Positions 42,774 through 54,131 of a stretch of DNA of 64,000 nucleotides are shown in pieces. The translations under genes were made by a program, and so were the position numbers. Below the pieces are notes generated by a model. That model searched no databases. It saw only the letters and a list, made by a program, of their open reading frames with translations, and was not told where the DNA came from. The DNA is from an uncultured delta proteobacterium (GTDB lineage: Bacteria > Desulfobacterota > Zymogenia > Zymogenales > Zymogenaceae): the NCBI GenBank assembly GCA_963735595.1, contig CAVTLK010000002.1, forward strand, positions 672,001 to 736,000. Reading direction: 5' to 3'. Position 1 is the first letter of the stretch, and every line of letters starts with the position of its first letter.

Positions 42774-44274
42774 ATGGAGAAGACCCGATGCCTGATAAAA
42801 GTTGACGCAGGCGCAGTTCTTGGATCCTGTCGACCCACGAATTTACGGCCAGAATATAGAACACATGGGCAGGCAGGTTCTGGGAGGCCTTATTGCAGAA
42901 ACGGGATCGGCGGCCCCTCAGGATGGCGACAATTTCCGGCTTGACGTCCTGGAATCGATCAAAAGCCTGAATCCGTCTCTGCTGAGATGGCCCGGAGGCT
43001 GTTTCGCCGATTCATATCGCTGGAAAGACGGCGTCGGAGCGAACCGCCCCACAGTAAAAAACCGCATGTGGGGCAGATTCCTTGCACAGCATTTCTTCGG
43101 CAATCCCCCTTTTCCTGTCGGCCCTGTTGAAGACAATCGCTTCGGAACCGATGAATTCATGAATCTCTGTCGAAAAACCGGCGCCGAGCCAAGCATAACA
43201 GCAAGCCTGGGAGAAGATGATCCTGATGAGGCGTCAGCTTGGATCGGCTATATAAAAGAGAGATACGGAGCGGGAGCCGTTCCCGCTTGGAGCGTCGGGA
43301 ACGAGCAGTGGAATCCCGTAGAGCCGGGAGGCTGCTTCCTAAGGCCTCGTAAATATGTGGAGCGTTTCCACAGGTTCGCTGGAAAAATGAGAGAAGCCGA
43401 CAAGGATATAAAGCTGATCGCATGCGGAGGCGATGTCCTGATTTTCCCGGGCTGGAACAGGGAAATCATAGAGGGAATAGGCGAAAGCATGGACTATCTG
43501 TCCATGCATCTGTATACGCCTGCCGGAATACCCTTTCTTTCTCGTATAAACGCCTCCCCCGAACATTATTATGCTGTCGCTGCATCAGGACTTGCGGTTC
43601 AGGAACAAATCCTATGCATTGAAGATCTTGCTGAGAAACTTATCGGCAAATCAATCCCCGTTTCTTTTGATGAATGGAACATTCTCGGACCTCTTCGCAG
43701 TTTCATCAATCCGTGGCGCTCAATGAGGGAAGCCATAGGCGCAGCAGGAATCATCCACGTGTTTCACCGTCATGCCAACTATGTGAAGATAGCCGCAATG
43801 TTCGCAATGCTCAACGCAGCAAGCCCTCCCATCATAACGACAAGAGACGCCGTCATACTCGCTCCGGTTTTCCATATTCTGAAGCTTTACAGAGAGTTTA
43901 CGGGAAAATTCAGCGTACGCAGCGAAACGGCATGTCCGTCAATCGACATTCCCAAACTCATTAACCTGCCTGAGCGCAAGTCGTTTCCTCTTCTGGACGC
44001 CAGCGCCTCGATAGACGGCAATCGTCTGACCGTGTTCGTAATAAACCGCGACCATGCAGCAAGCCATGAGGCGGAGCTCGAAATATCAGGAGCCGGTTTT
44101 TCAGGAACGGCTGAAATCCACACGGTGGCGGCGTCGGGATATCTTTCTCAAAATTCTGAGAACCGGCCGGAAACAGTCTGCGAAAAAACTGAAGAAGTCG
44201 AACTGAAAGGGATCCTTTCATTTCACCCCTGTTCGGTAACCGCGATTGTAATGAAAAAAACGGAAACGAAGTGA
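42774..44274 (+). CDS. GH51 alpha-L-arabinofuranosidase (apparent frameshift near 42830)
   Basis: IYGQNIEH, LRWPGGCFAD, FGTDEF, GNE, FDEWN; RBS AAGGAG before ATG 42774. Confidence 0.85.
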
Positions 44275-44478
44275 CCTGCCCCCCGAAAATGACCTGTCCC
44301 CTGAGAACGAGTCCGTGTTGAGAGTTAGACCCGGGGTCCGGATCAGGGTCATTTAAGATTTACGACAAACTTTAGCGATTTCAGAGCTATCTCCTCTGTA
44401 GGTTTTCCTTTTTCACAAGATTGTGTCCCCGCTACCAGAATAATCAAGGACTTACGTGAAAGCGTGGGTCCTTTTTTT
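44272..44478 (+). mobile_element. Tandem IS3-type left IR + conserved arm + att-like repeat 2
   Basis: TGACCTGCCCCCCG at 44272 and TGACCTGTCCCC at 44290; core at 44426-44437; near-identical to 49101-49290. Confidence 0.8.
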
Positions 44479-44972
44479 ATGCTCCACATGGATATATACA
44501 GAGGCCACGGGAGGGTTCGTGCGCATGCCGAAATCATCGGGGTTTCGGTAAAGCAGTCTGCGGCTGGCTTAATTCAAGGGATAGCTACCCATCGAGAGAC
44601 TCCGGCCGGGGTTGAGGAGCTGCCGACAGCAGCATTACGGTATGTCATCTTAGAGGAACCGTGAGAAAGGGCGGTGACGGGAGGTGTCCCCATATCTTTG
44701 AATTAAAAAACTTGACGAAATAGCGATACATAGAGTATAAAGCCATAAATTCTTATCGTATTTCTAATGATTGTCCATGCGCCCGCCCATTGCGTATGAC
44801 GATTCAGGAAATGACAAGACACACTCGATCAGGACGCCTCGAATTGAGACCGGATTATCCGAGAGTGGGGATAGGCTGGTTTTGAAGATGTAAATTGGGG
44901 AGCTACGGACTGATTTGTTATAGGCGTTAAAAAGATATCTTAAACGCATAAAACGTCAAGAGGAAAGCGAAC

Positions 44973-45647
44973 ATGGAAGTGTTTCTTGATTTCTTCAATA
45001 TATTTAGCAGGTACATACCCTTTTTCCTGAAAGCGAGTCTCCTGACGGTCGAGATCTCGGCGCTTTCTATTGTTATTGGATTCTTTTTAGGTCTCTTTGC
45101 TGCCCTTGGAAAGATGTCCCATAACAGGCTGATACGCTGGCCGTCCCGTTTCTATGTCTGGTTTTTTCGCGCTACCCCGCTCCTCGTGCAGATCTTCCTC
45201 ATTTATTTCGGTCTTCCCCAGTTTGGCATTAACCTCAGCCCTTTCGTAGCCGGCGTTATGGCTATGAGCATCAATGCGGGGGCCTATTATTCGGAAATCA
45301 TCCGTGCGGGCATCCAATCGATTCATCAAGGCCAAATGGAAGCGGCCCGATCACTCGGAATGAGCTACAGCCTGGCTATGCGCCGCATTATTCTTCCTCA
45401 GGCCCTCAAGGTTGTTATCCCCCCGTTTGGAAACGAATCGATTATTCTCATAAAGGATACTTCTCTCTTATCGACAATAACCATCGTGGAGATCACGCTC
45501 ATGGCACAGCGACTGATAAGCTCAACGTGGAGACCCTTCGAGCTGTATCTTGTGGCCGCCGCCTACTATGCTATGATTACCTCGGTATTGAACTATGTCC
45601 TGAACCGATACGAGAAAAAGCTTGATGTGTCTCAAAGAAAAGGATAA
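44973..45647 (+). CDS. Polar amino-acid ABC transporter permease
   Basis: FRATPLLVQ, EAARSLGM, IKDTSL. Confidence 0.92.
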   Translation: MEVFLDFFNIFSRYIPFFLKASLLTVEISALSIVIGFFLGLFAALGKMSHNRLIRWPSRFYVWFFRATPLLVQIFLIYFGLPQFGINLSPFVAGVMAMSINAGAYYSEIIRAGIQSIHQGQMEAARSLGMSYSLAMRRIILPQALKVVIPPFGNESIILIKDTSLLSTITIVEITLMAQRLISSTWRPFELYLVAAAYYAMITSVLNYVLNRYEKKLDVSQRKG

Positions 45648-45689
45648 TATGACTAAAAGAGTCTTAATACACTTGCGGAGGTTTTCACA

Positions 45690-46454
45690 ATGAAGAAGTT
45701 TTCAGTGCTCATCTTAGCGTTTCTTCTTCTTTTTGCCTTTTCCTGCACTACGGAGAAGGGCGATACGCTCGATAAGATCAAGGAACAGGGATTCATCACA
45801 ATCGCGGTAACCGCCGGTAGCCCCCCTTTCAGTTTCGTGGATGAAAAGACTGGGCTGGAAATAGGGTTCGATGTTGATTACGCTACCGAGGTTGCCAAGC
45901 GCCTCGGGGTGGAGCCTAAAATAATTATGGTGGAATGGGATGGGATACTTCCCGGGCTTCTGGCCGGGAAATACGATATCATAATCGGGAGTATGGCGAT
46001 CACCGATGAGAGGAAGCTGCAGGCTAATTTCACCCGTCCCTATTATTCATCGGGCGCCCAGCTTATCGTCAGGGCCGATGATACCTCGATCAACGGCATC
46101 GAAAACCTCGAAGGCAAGTCGGTCGGCGTAACCATCGGCACGACCTACGAGGAGAAGGCCAAAGAGATCCCCGGCTGTATCGTCAAGACATACAAAACCG
46201 AAATGGATGAGCTCCTTGACCTGAAAAACGGCAACATCGACGCCGTCATTACGGACCGATACATCGGCGCGTATACCATTAAGGAATCGGGACTTCCCCT
46301 CAAACTCGCGGGAGATCTCATCTACAAAGAAGATGAGGGAATCCCGATCAGGAAAGAAGATGCTAAGCTTCTGGATGCGGTAGATAAGGCTGTTGAGGAG
46401 ATTACTAACGACGGCACGTTTAAGACCCTGAGCGGAAAGTGGTTTGGTATCTAA
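45690..46454 (+). CDS. Polar amino-acid ABC substrate-binding lipoprotein
   Basis: Lipobox-like AFSC, PPFSF, GFDVD, IT.ERK..NFT.PY. Confidence 0.9.
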   Translation: MKKFSVLILAFLLLFAFSCTTEKGDTLDKIKEQGFITIAVTAGSPPFSFVDEKTGLEIGFDVDYATEVAKRLGVEPKIIMVEWDGILPGLLAGKYDIIIGSMAITDERKLQANFTRPYYSSGAQLIVRADDTSINGIENLEGKSVGVTIGTTYEEKAKEIPGCIVKTYKTEMDELLDLKNGNIDAVITDRYIGAYTIKESGLPLKLAGDLIYKEDEGIPIRKEDAKLLDAVDKAVEEITNDGTFKTLSGKWFGI

Positions 46455-46533
46455 GAACTAGGCAAGTATTCTACGAATACCCAAAGGGGAGGGAGACGAT
46501 TATCCCTCCCCTTAAGCATGGAGAAACAGATCT

Positions 46534-47304
46534 ATGTCTTCCCTCCGGAAAAAAGACAAAATCATAGATGTGAGGGGGTTGAGAAAAGACTTTGGTAAGC
46601 TTCACGTCCTTAAAGGGGTTGACGCAAGTATCACAAAGGGCGAGGTCCTGGTCATTATCGGCCCCTCGGGTTCAGGGAAGAGCACCTTCTTGCGCTGCTT
46701 GAACATGCTCGATATGCCGACCGGGGGCGATATATTTCTCGACGGGGTCAAGGTAAACGACCATTCCCTTTCGAAGAAGGATTTCCAGCGACATATTAAT
46801 GGAATCCGAGCCAGAATGGGTATGGTTTTCCAGCAGTTCAATCTGTTCCCCCATATGACTGCCCTCGGAAACGTGACCGAAGCCCCTATTCGCGTTCTCA
46901 ATATCCCAAGCGACAAGGCAACCTCTATGGCCCAGGATCTCCTCAAGAAGGTCGGTCTTCAGGATAAAGCCGACGTTTACCCCGAGTCGCTTTCCGGCGG
47001 CCAGAAACAACGGGTGGCCATTGCACGTGCGCTCGCCATGAATCCCGAGGTAATGCTCTTTGACGAGGTGACATCCGCTCTCGATCCGGAGTTGGTAGGG
47101 GATGTTCTCAAGGTTATGAAGAACCTAGCCAAAGATGGGATGACCATGATCGTTGTAACCCATGAAATGGGTTTTGCCCGGGAAGTGGGAGATTGGCTTA
47201 TCTTTATGGATGAAGGGGTGATCATGGAAGAGGGCAAGCCCCGGGAGATATTGGCAAACCCACGTAATGAGAGAACCAAAAAATTTCTCAAAGAAGTGTT
47301 ATAG
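46534..47304 (+). CDS. Polar amino-acid ABC ATPase (GlnQ-like)
   Basis: [27 protein letters not shown]. Confidence 0.93.
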   Translation: MSSLRKKDKIIDVRGLRKDFGKLHVLKGVDASITKGEVLVIIGPSGSGKSTFLRCLNMLDMPTGGDIFLDGVKVNDHSLSKKDFQRHINGIRARMGMVFQQFNLFPHMTALGNVTEAPIRVLNIPSDKATSMAQDLLKKVGLQDKADVYPESLSGGQKQRVAIARALAMNPEVMLFDEVTSALDPELVGDVLKVMKNLAKDGMTMIVVTHEMGFAREVGDWLIFMDEGVIMEEGKPREILANPRNERTKKFLKEVL

Positions 47305-47341
47305 ATACGGTTAACCTATTATCCCATTATTCCCGTTTCTG

Positions 47342-47644
47342 AGGTCATAGGTTCGAATTCTATCCCCGCTACCAGCATAATCAAGGACTTACGTGAAAGC
47401 GTGGGTCTTTTTTTGTATTTGTCCTATAGCTATAGGTTCAAAATCAGTACTATTTCGAGTTTAAGTAAGCGAAGCTCTTGACAGTGAAGTGGCGGCGGGA
47501 GTATAACACCATCAGGCCGCATAGTTCCCATGGTTACCATCCACCGGCTCCCGGAACCATACTCCCGTGGCCTTTGGAAGTTCAACATACAACCTAAGCC
47601 TATGGACTAATCTAAACAGTGGTGCCGTTAATGGGGGCAGGTCA
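47342..47644 (+). repeat. ~303-bp near-identical copy of 42397-42700 (tRNA 3' half, terminator, IS3 remnant, right IR)
   Basis: Direct comparison shows only a handful of differences. Confidence 0.92.
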
Positions 47645-47770
47645 GTACTCTTGATATCACTTTCTTTTCTAAAATCCCGTAACCGCGGGCGAATATTTCT
47701 CGGGAATGACATCCCTTGTATCGCGGCTGACGTGTAGGGAATTCAAACAGTCGAAGAGAGGGGAATATCG

Positions 47771-48949
47771 ATGAATCCAACTGAGCGAGTTATTGCTGCT
47801 ATTGAAGGAAGAGTACTGGATCGGGTGCCGACTTTCTGTCCTTTCCTTGACCCATGGCCGGTGCAGCAGGTTCTCGGGAAGCCAATCCTGTCGGATAAGA
47901 TTGTTTTCCTCAATCCTCTTACCCGTTTCATTCTTGATCACTGGGGCCCCTCGCTTAAAAAAGCCATTTCCGATCCCGCCCTCGAAAAGCTCAACCTCAA
48001 GCAGATCGAAGCCGCACGTCGAATCGGACTAGATTCGATATGGGGCCTATACGACATCAGAAACATCGTCAAAGATTCCAAGACGTTTATCGTGAGCCCG
48101 GGCTTCTACTACGACATCATTCAGGACGGTCACGGCAACCTGACCTACATGTACCGAGGTCCAGCTATTTCATCCGAGAAAGAGTTCGATGAGTGGCCCT
48201 ATCTTCATAATAACGACGAAATGGCCCATTCCTGTTTCCTCTTTTTCAAGAAGGCAATGCCGCTTTATGGTGATAAAATATGCGTCATTGGAGAGGTCTC
48301 GGGCGGTATCCAGGAGGTGCTTTTTCACCTCCTTGGGTTTGAGAAGTTCTCGCTTTTCATCAGGAAAGAGCCGCGCTTCATACAGCGGCTTATCGGCTTC
48401 TTCGAGGAATACAAGATGAAGGGGTACATGGCCATGATGGACGCGGGAGTCAAGGTTATTATGGCCGGAGACGATTTCGCTTTTAAATCGGGCCCCATTC
48501 TCAATCCAAGGATCATTGACGAGCTCTTCGGCCCCCCGTACACCCGCCTCACCCGGACCGTTCACGATCGAGGTGGGAAGATCCTGCTCCACTCGTGCGG
48601 TGACAACACGGTTCTCTTCGATCTCTTCATCAAGTGGGGTTTCGACGGCGCTCATGCCTATGAAAACACGTCAAACGTTGACATCTATCGAGAAAAAGAG
48701 GTTCATGGAGACCGATTCTCTATCGTTGGCGGTCCCGGGGTTGACTACTTGCTCACGGAACGCTCAACGGCCGCGGAGGTGGCCGATGCAACAAGATACA
48801 TGATCGATCGTCTTGCACCGGGAGGGCGGTTTATACTGAGTCCGGTACACGCCCACGGAGAAATGGACATGAGCAAGGTCAGGGTTATGATCGAAACCGC
48901 GCGGGAATATGGTCTGGGAAAACCGCAGGCCTGTAAGACGGCGGAGTGA
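47771..48949 (+). CDS. Uroporphyrinogen decarboxylase (URO-D/MtaA-like) family protein
   Basis: ERV.AA.....DRVP, GDD.AFKSGP, LHSCG, PGGRFIL. Confidence 0.8.
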   Translation: MNPTERVIAAIEGRVLDRVPTFCPFLDPWPVQQVLGKPILSDKIVFLNPLTRFILDHWGPSLKKAISDPALEKLNLKQIEAARRIGLDSIWGLYDIRNIVKDSKTFIVSPGFYYDIIQDGHGNLTYMYRGPAISSEKEFDEWPYLHNNDEMAHSCFLFFKKAMPLYGDKICVIGEVSGGIQEVLFHLLGFEKFSLFIRKEPRFIQRLIGFFEEYKMKGYMAMMDAGVKVIMAGDDFAFKSGPILNPRIIDELFGPPYTRLTRTVHDRGGKILLHSCGDNTVLFDLFIKWGFDGAHAYENTSNVDIYREKEVHGDRFSIVGGPGVDYLLTERSTAAEVADATRYMIDRLAPGGRFILSPVHAHGEMDMSKVRVMIETAREYGLGKPQACKTAE

Positions 48950-49100
48950 GCCGTCACCGAGACTTATCGAAGATAGGCCCCACTCCGGCTAGGATAGAAT
49001 ATGGGTAACCAAAGGGGGTTGATTCTATCAGGATGACTGTAAGGGACCCCCAGGGAAGCCTGACCGAGTACCTGACGATATTTCTATATCTAACCTACTT

Positions 49101-49290
49101 TGACCTGCCCCCCGAGAACGAGTCCGTGTTGAGAGTTAGACCTGGGGCCCGTATCAGGGTCATTTAAAGATTTACGACAAACTTTAGCGATTTCGGAGCT
49201 ATTTCCTCTATTGGGTTTCCTTTTTGACGGTAGCGTGTCCCCGCTACCAGAATAATCAAGGACTTACGCAGAAGCGTGGGTCCTTTTTTT
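49101..49290 (+). mobile_element. IS3-type left IR + conserved arm + att-like repeat 4
   Basis: TGACCTGCCCCCCGAGAACGAGTCC...; core 49238-49249. Confidence 0.8.
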
Positions 49291-49317
49291 ATTGATGAAC
49301 CACAGTACCCTGATATC

Positions 49318-49710
49318 TTATGTATCGAGCCAGTCTAAGGCCTCGGGGAGCGTGTTGAAGTTTTCCATCTGCGTATCGGACTCCCTGCCGACCCTGCCGG
49401 AGGCCAGTGTCTGTATCGGCTGATCGGTGACGGTGGCCGATTTCCTTACCCCTTTGTTCTTAGACAATTCCTGGGCCTTGATGAATGCCTCCATGATCGA
49501 CTGCGGCGGTACCTTGAAGTCCCGTACATCGATGAGGCTGCTAAAGCCGGGGCTCATTCTTGACAGCAATCTCTCCACATCGGCAAGATACCCCCTTTTG
49601 AATTCCTCCCTATCGGGCCAGAAACCTCGGAATACGACATAGGTCCTGTTGACCACCGTATCGGCCTCTATCGTATAGAATTCGTTGTCCGCTATCAACT
49701 CTCGTGCCAT
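49318..49710 (-). CDS. Hypothetical protein (STAS/SEC14-like)
   Basis: 130 aa; GFW...LIDVR.FK...F....EA..WL pattern; AGGAGG RBS. Confidence 0.6.
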   Translation of the reverse strand: MARELIADNEFYTIEADTVVNRTYVVFRGFWPDREEFKRGYLADVERLLSRMSPGFSSLIDVRDFKVPPQSIMEAFIKAQELSKNKGVRKSATVTDQPIQTLASGRVGRESDTQMENFNTLPEALDWLDT

Positions 49711-49883
49711 CTTAGCCTCCTTGCGTATGCTCTGTTGTTTTACACCGTGTATCAATTATAAGATAATGTCTGGATTAGACAACCGTTTGATTTTTCATCA
49801 GCGTAACGATCACACCATTACCTGTCACGATGAGAAATAACCCATCATTTTTCGTATTTTTCGTCAGTGACGACGTTTATTCC

Positions 49884-49938
49884 TGTCCCCGCCGGCAACG
49901 AACTCAAGAACTCACACGAAAGCGTGGGTTCCTTTTTT
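49884..49938 (+). repeat. Degenerate att-like repeat 5
   Basis: TGTCCCCGCCGGCA...CTCAAGAACTCACACGAAAGCGTGGGTTCCTTTTTT. Confidence 0.65.
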
Positions 49939-49993
49939 GGGGCGGTCGATCGGATCAGGGAGGGGGGGGACGGAATTCAATCCGCAAAATAAA

Positions 49994-50021
49994 CGGGAGG
50001 CGGCTATAGGCCGCCTCCCGT
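49994..50021. terminator. Hairpin downstream of the aldo/keto reductase
   Basis: ACGGGAGGCGGC-tata-GGCCGCCTCCCGT. Confidence 0.55.
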
Positions 50022-50287
50022 CATCTCCGTATTGTCGGAACCACCCTGTTTAAAACTCATGTGCGTATTGACCCAGCGGTAGATCGGTCCCCGGTGCTCC
50101 CGCCCCGTCTTTACGGTCGTTCCGGGGCGTCACGGTCGTCCGACCTGCCTCTCGAAAGCACGTCCCTGCCAGGGACGGGAGCGCCCGTATAATGACGGGG
50201 GTCAGGTACGCGTACCGTGGGCTTCGGCCTATCACGGAAGGCTATACTTGAATGCGGCGCACGAGTTACATGCTTACCCCTAACCCT

Positions 50288-51307
<1,020 letters not shown>

Positions 51308-51532
51308 TCAGGATCAAAGCGATTTATAACCTTTGCTCACCTCTATTTTCCGCTTTGTTAAGAGATAGTTTACCCCTGAAAAAACGAAGGAGATAGACCG
51401 ATCCTGTTAGTTTCTTGCCTAATCCTCCGAGTACCTCAATAAATGGGTTGTATGGGGGGGTGGTATCTAGTACTATTTACCAGAAGACATCAATGGGTGG
51501 GAACATGGCTCGGGTATTCGAGAGGAAGTTAG

Positions 51533-52435
51533 ATGGAAGCGGCACTTGAAGCTTTGGGAAAGGGCATAGCCCGATGGACCGACAGGGCCGACATATTCGA
51601 GACCGCGGTCCCGGGCTTGTCGCTATTTCGATGGGACGAACCGACCGAGCCCATGAGCAGCATGTACGTGGCGAGCATCTGCGTGATTGCCCAGGGGGCC
51701 AAACGCGTGTTACTCGGGGAGGACTCATATATCTACGGCGCACACCGCTATCTGGTGACGTCCGTGGATCTGCCAACGGTCGCTCAGGTTATCAAGGCGA
51801 GCCGGGAGAAGCCCTGCCTGGGGTTTACGCTGAGACTCGATCAACGGGAAATTTCACAGCTGATGGTGGACAGCAAGCTTCCCCCGCCGCGTGCCCGGCA
51901 GTCGGACCGCGGAATGGCGACCGGGGAGGTCACGCTGCCGTTGCTGGCCGCGTTTCAGCGGTTGATCGACCTGCTTTCCGAACCAAGAGATATCCCGATC
52001 CTTGCGCCGATCATCCAGCGGGAGATTTTCTACCGGTTGCTCGTGGGCGATCAGGGTACCCGTCTACGACAGATTGCGTCGGCGGGAAGTCAGAGCCAGC
52101 AGATCGCGCGGGCAATCGATTGGCTGAAGGACAACTTCGCACGGCCGCTGCGTATCGATGATCTGGCTAATCACGTCAATATGAGCACCTCAACCTTCCA
52201 CCATCATTTCCGGGCGTTGACGGCCATGAGCCCGTTACAGTACCAAAAGTGGCTGCGTTTAAACGAGGCGCGACGGCTGATGCTCGCCGAGCGCCTGGAC
52301 GCTACAAGCGCTGCGCTTCAGGTAGGATACGAAAGCCCATCCCAGTTCAGCCGCGAGTATAGCCGCCAATTCGGGGCGCCGCCGTCGCGCGACATTATGA
52401 GCCTCAATCAAATTACCGTCGGTGAAATGGTTTAG
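51533..52435 (+). CDS. AraC family regulator (AraC_N/YqhC-like)
   Basis: QGAKRV, MSPLQYQK..RL, VGYESPSQFSREY. Confidence 0.92.
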   Translation: MEAALEALGKGIARWTDRADIFETAVPGLSLFRWDEPTEPMSSMYVASICVIAQGAKRVLLGEDSYIYGAHRYLVTSVDLPTVAQVIKASREKPCLGFTLRLDQREISQLMVDSKLPPPRARQSDRGMATGEVTLPLLAAFQRLIDLLSEPRDIPILAPIIQREIFYRLLVGDQGTRLRQIASAGSQSQQIARAIDWLKDNFARPLRIDDLANHVNMSTSTFHHHFRALTAMSPLQYQKWLRLNEARRLMLAERLDATSAALQVGYESPSQFSREYSRQFGAPPSRDIMSLNQITVGEMV

Positions 52436-52444
52436 ATTCGCCTG

Positions 52445-52796
52445 TCAGGGTCATTTGAGTTTCATCGAGAACCCGACCGGGGGGGGCAGGTCATCATCTA
52501 TTCCTTTCGATTGAATCCTATCCCCGCTACCAGTAAAACCAAGGACTTACGCAAAAGCGTGGGTCCTTTTTTTGTGAGTGACCTAAAGTTATTTTGGGGT
52601 TTACCGATTAAATGGCGCGGTGTTAATTGTTGACAGAAAAGTGTCGAAGAGAGTATAAGATGACTAGGACGCACAGTTCTCTTAACTACAATCCCCCGGC
52701 TCCTGAAACCATACTTCCCCGGTCTTCGGGAGCTCAAAAAGGAGCGTATGCCTATGGAATAACTCAAACACTGTTACAGTTCTCGGGAGCAGGTCA
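52445..52796 (+). mobile_element. Composite junction: arm fragment, IS3 IR, att-like repeat 6, diverged IS3 3' remnant with right IR
   Basis: TCAGGGTCATTT; GGGGGGCAGGTCA (ends 52493); GAATCCTATCCCCGCTACCA (52513-52532); CRREYKMTRTHSSLNYNPPAPET; ...GGGAGCAGGTCA (ends 52796). Confidence 0.78.
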
Positions 52797-52879
52797 ATCG
52801 TTTTCATGTAACTTCACGCTTGACAGGAGCCAATAAGTACTATCGGGTGTTTCACACGACATTTATAGTGGGGAATAGC

Positions 52880-52996
52880 ATGAAAAAGAACTTTATCCTC
52901 TTTTTGTCTATGTCACTTGTTGTTGTGTGTGCTCTCTCATCTATCGCAGCGCACGCGATACTAACTCTTGACAACGTCTCATATTTAATAGTATAA
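52880..52996 (+). pseudogene. Signal-peptide-only ORF, probable truncated gene
   Basis: MKKNFILFLSMSLVVVCALSSIAAHA... 38 aa with RBS. Confidence 0.4.
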
Positions 52997-53300
52997 AAAA
53001 GCGTCAAGGATCAAAGTACGTTCCGGTGGCGTGGGGCAACGGCCTTGCCTGCCGGCCGTTACACAAGGCCCCTGTTATGACGGACTGTCCTTATTCAATC
53101 GGCTGTAACCGATGGGAAGGCGACTTCGAATTCCCATTTGGCCAGTAATGCATAGGTGCTTTCGCCGTAAAATAGTACGAAGGGGCACTTAAGCACGTTT
53201 GCCGGTCTTCCGGATACGGGAGTGAAACGTGAGCCGATGGGCTCACGTGAAAACCGGTTCTCTTGATCGGGATAGACACTATCGAGTGAGAGGAAATCAG

Positions 53301-54131
53301 ATGAAAGACAAACCGGAACTCCTTTACCTGGAGCTACTGAAAAAGACGCTCACATTTACCCTGTGGCCCGAGCCGCCGATACCGATCACGGCTATACGGC
53401 ACAAATATAATCCTGTCAACTGGTTCTTTGTTACCGCTATCGCGAAGCTGCTGAAGCTTGGAAAACTCCAGATCGTCAAAGACCGCGGTTATTCGGAAGA
53501 AATGAGAACGGACGGGGGAATATGGCCGGTCTATGCCGATACCATGATTGGGATGAAGCGCCTCGATAACATCCAGTACTGCGTTGAAACCGTGATCAAG
53601 GATGGAGTCCAGGGGGACTTCATCGAGACGGGCGTCTGGAGGGGCGGCGCATGTATTTTAATGCGTGCCATACTCAAGGTCCGCGGTGTTGAGAACCGTA
53701 GGGTATTCGTTGCCGATTCTTTTGCGGGACTGCCGAAGCCGGACGCCGTAAAATACCCCGCCGACAGGGGGGATAAACACCACACTCGAAGCTTCCTCAC
53801 CGTAACAAAGAAAGACGTCGAAAACAATTTCAAGAAGTACGGTCTATTAGACAAGCAGGTCGTTTTCCTTAAAGGGTGGTTCAAGGATACCCTTCCGAAG
53901 GCGCCCATCAAGAAGCTTTCAATACTCCGTCTCGACGGCGATATGTATGGCTCGACTATGGAGGCCCTGGAGATCCTCTATCCGAAGCTGTCAAAGGGCG
54001 GTTTTTGCGTTATCGATGATTACGCCTTACGGGGCTGTAGAATGGCGGTGGATGACTACCGGTCTAAATATAATATAAAAGAGGAAATCAAGTCTATCGA
54101 CTGGACCGGCAGATACTGGAGAAAAAACTAG
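53301..54131 (+). CDS. TylF/MycF/NovP-family O-methyltransferase
   Basis: TMIG.KRL, ETGVWRGG, DSF.GLP, GWFKDTL, RLDGDMY. Confidence 0.9.
   Translation: MKDKPELLYLELLKKTLTFTLWPEPPIPITAIRHKYNPVNWFFVTAIAKLLKLGKLQIVKDRGYSEEMRTDGGIWPVYADTMIGMKRLDNIQYCVETVIKDGVQGDFIETGVWRGGACILMRAILKVRGVENRRVFVADSFAGLPKPDAVKYPADRGDKHHTRSFLTVTKKDVENNFKKYGLLDKQVVFLKGWFKDTLPKAPIKKLSILRLDGDMYGSTMEALEILYPKLSKGGFCVIDDYALRGCRMAVDDYRSKYNIKEEIKSIDWTGRYWRKN

Noticed and set aside
44490..44650. Lysine riboswitch upstream of the ABC transporter
   Set aside because: Only scattered short matches (AGAGG, GCCGAA, GGAG); the helices could not be built, and it lies upstream of the predicted promoter.
47341..47374. Second tRNA-Met gene
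   Set aside because: Only the 3' ~33 nt are present; there is no D-arm or anticodon arm.
42700..49101. Target-site duplications at IS3 IR tips
   Set aside because: Flanks of paired IRs do not match consistently; the CTT after 42700 and before 49101 could be chance.
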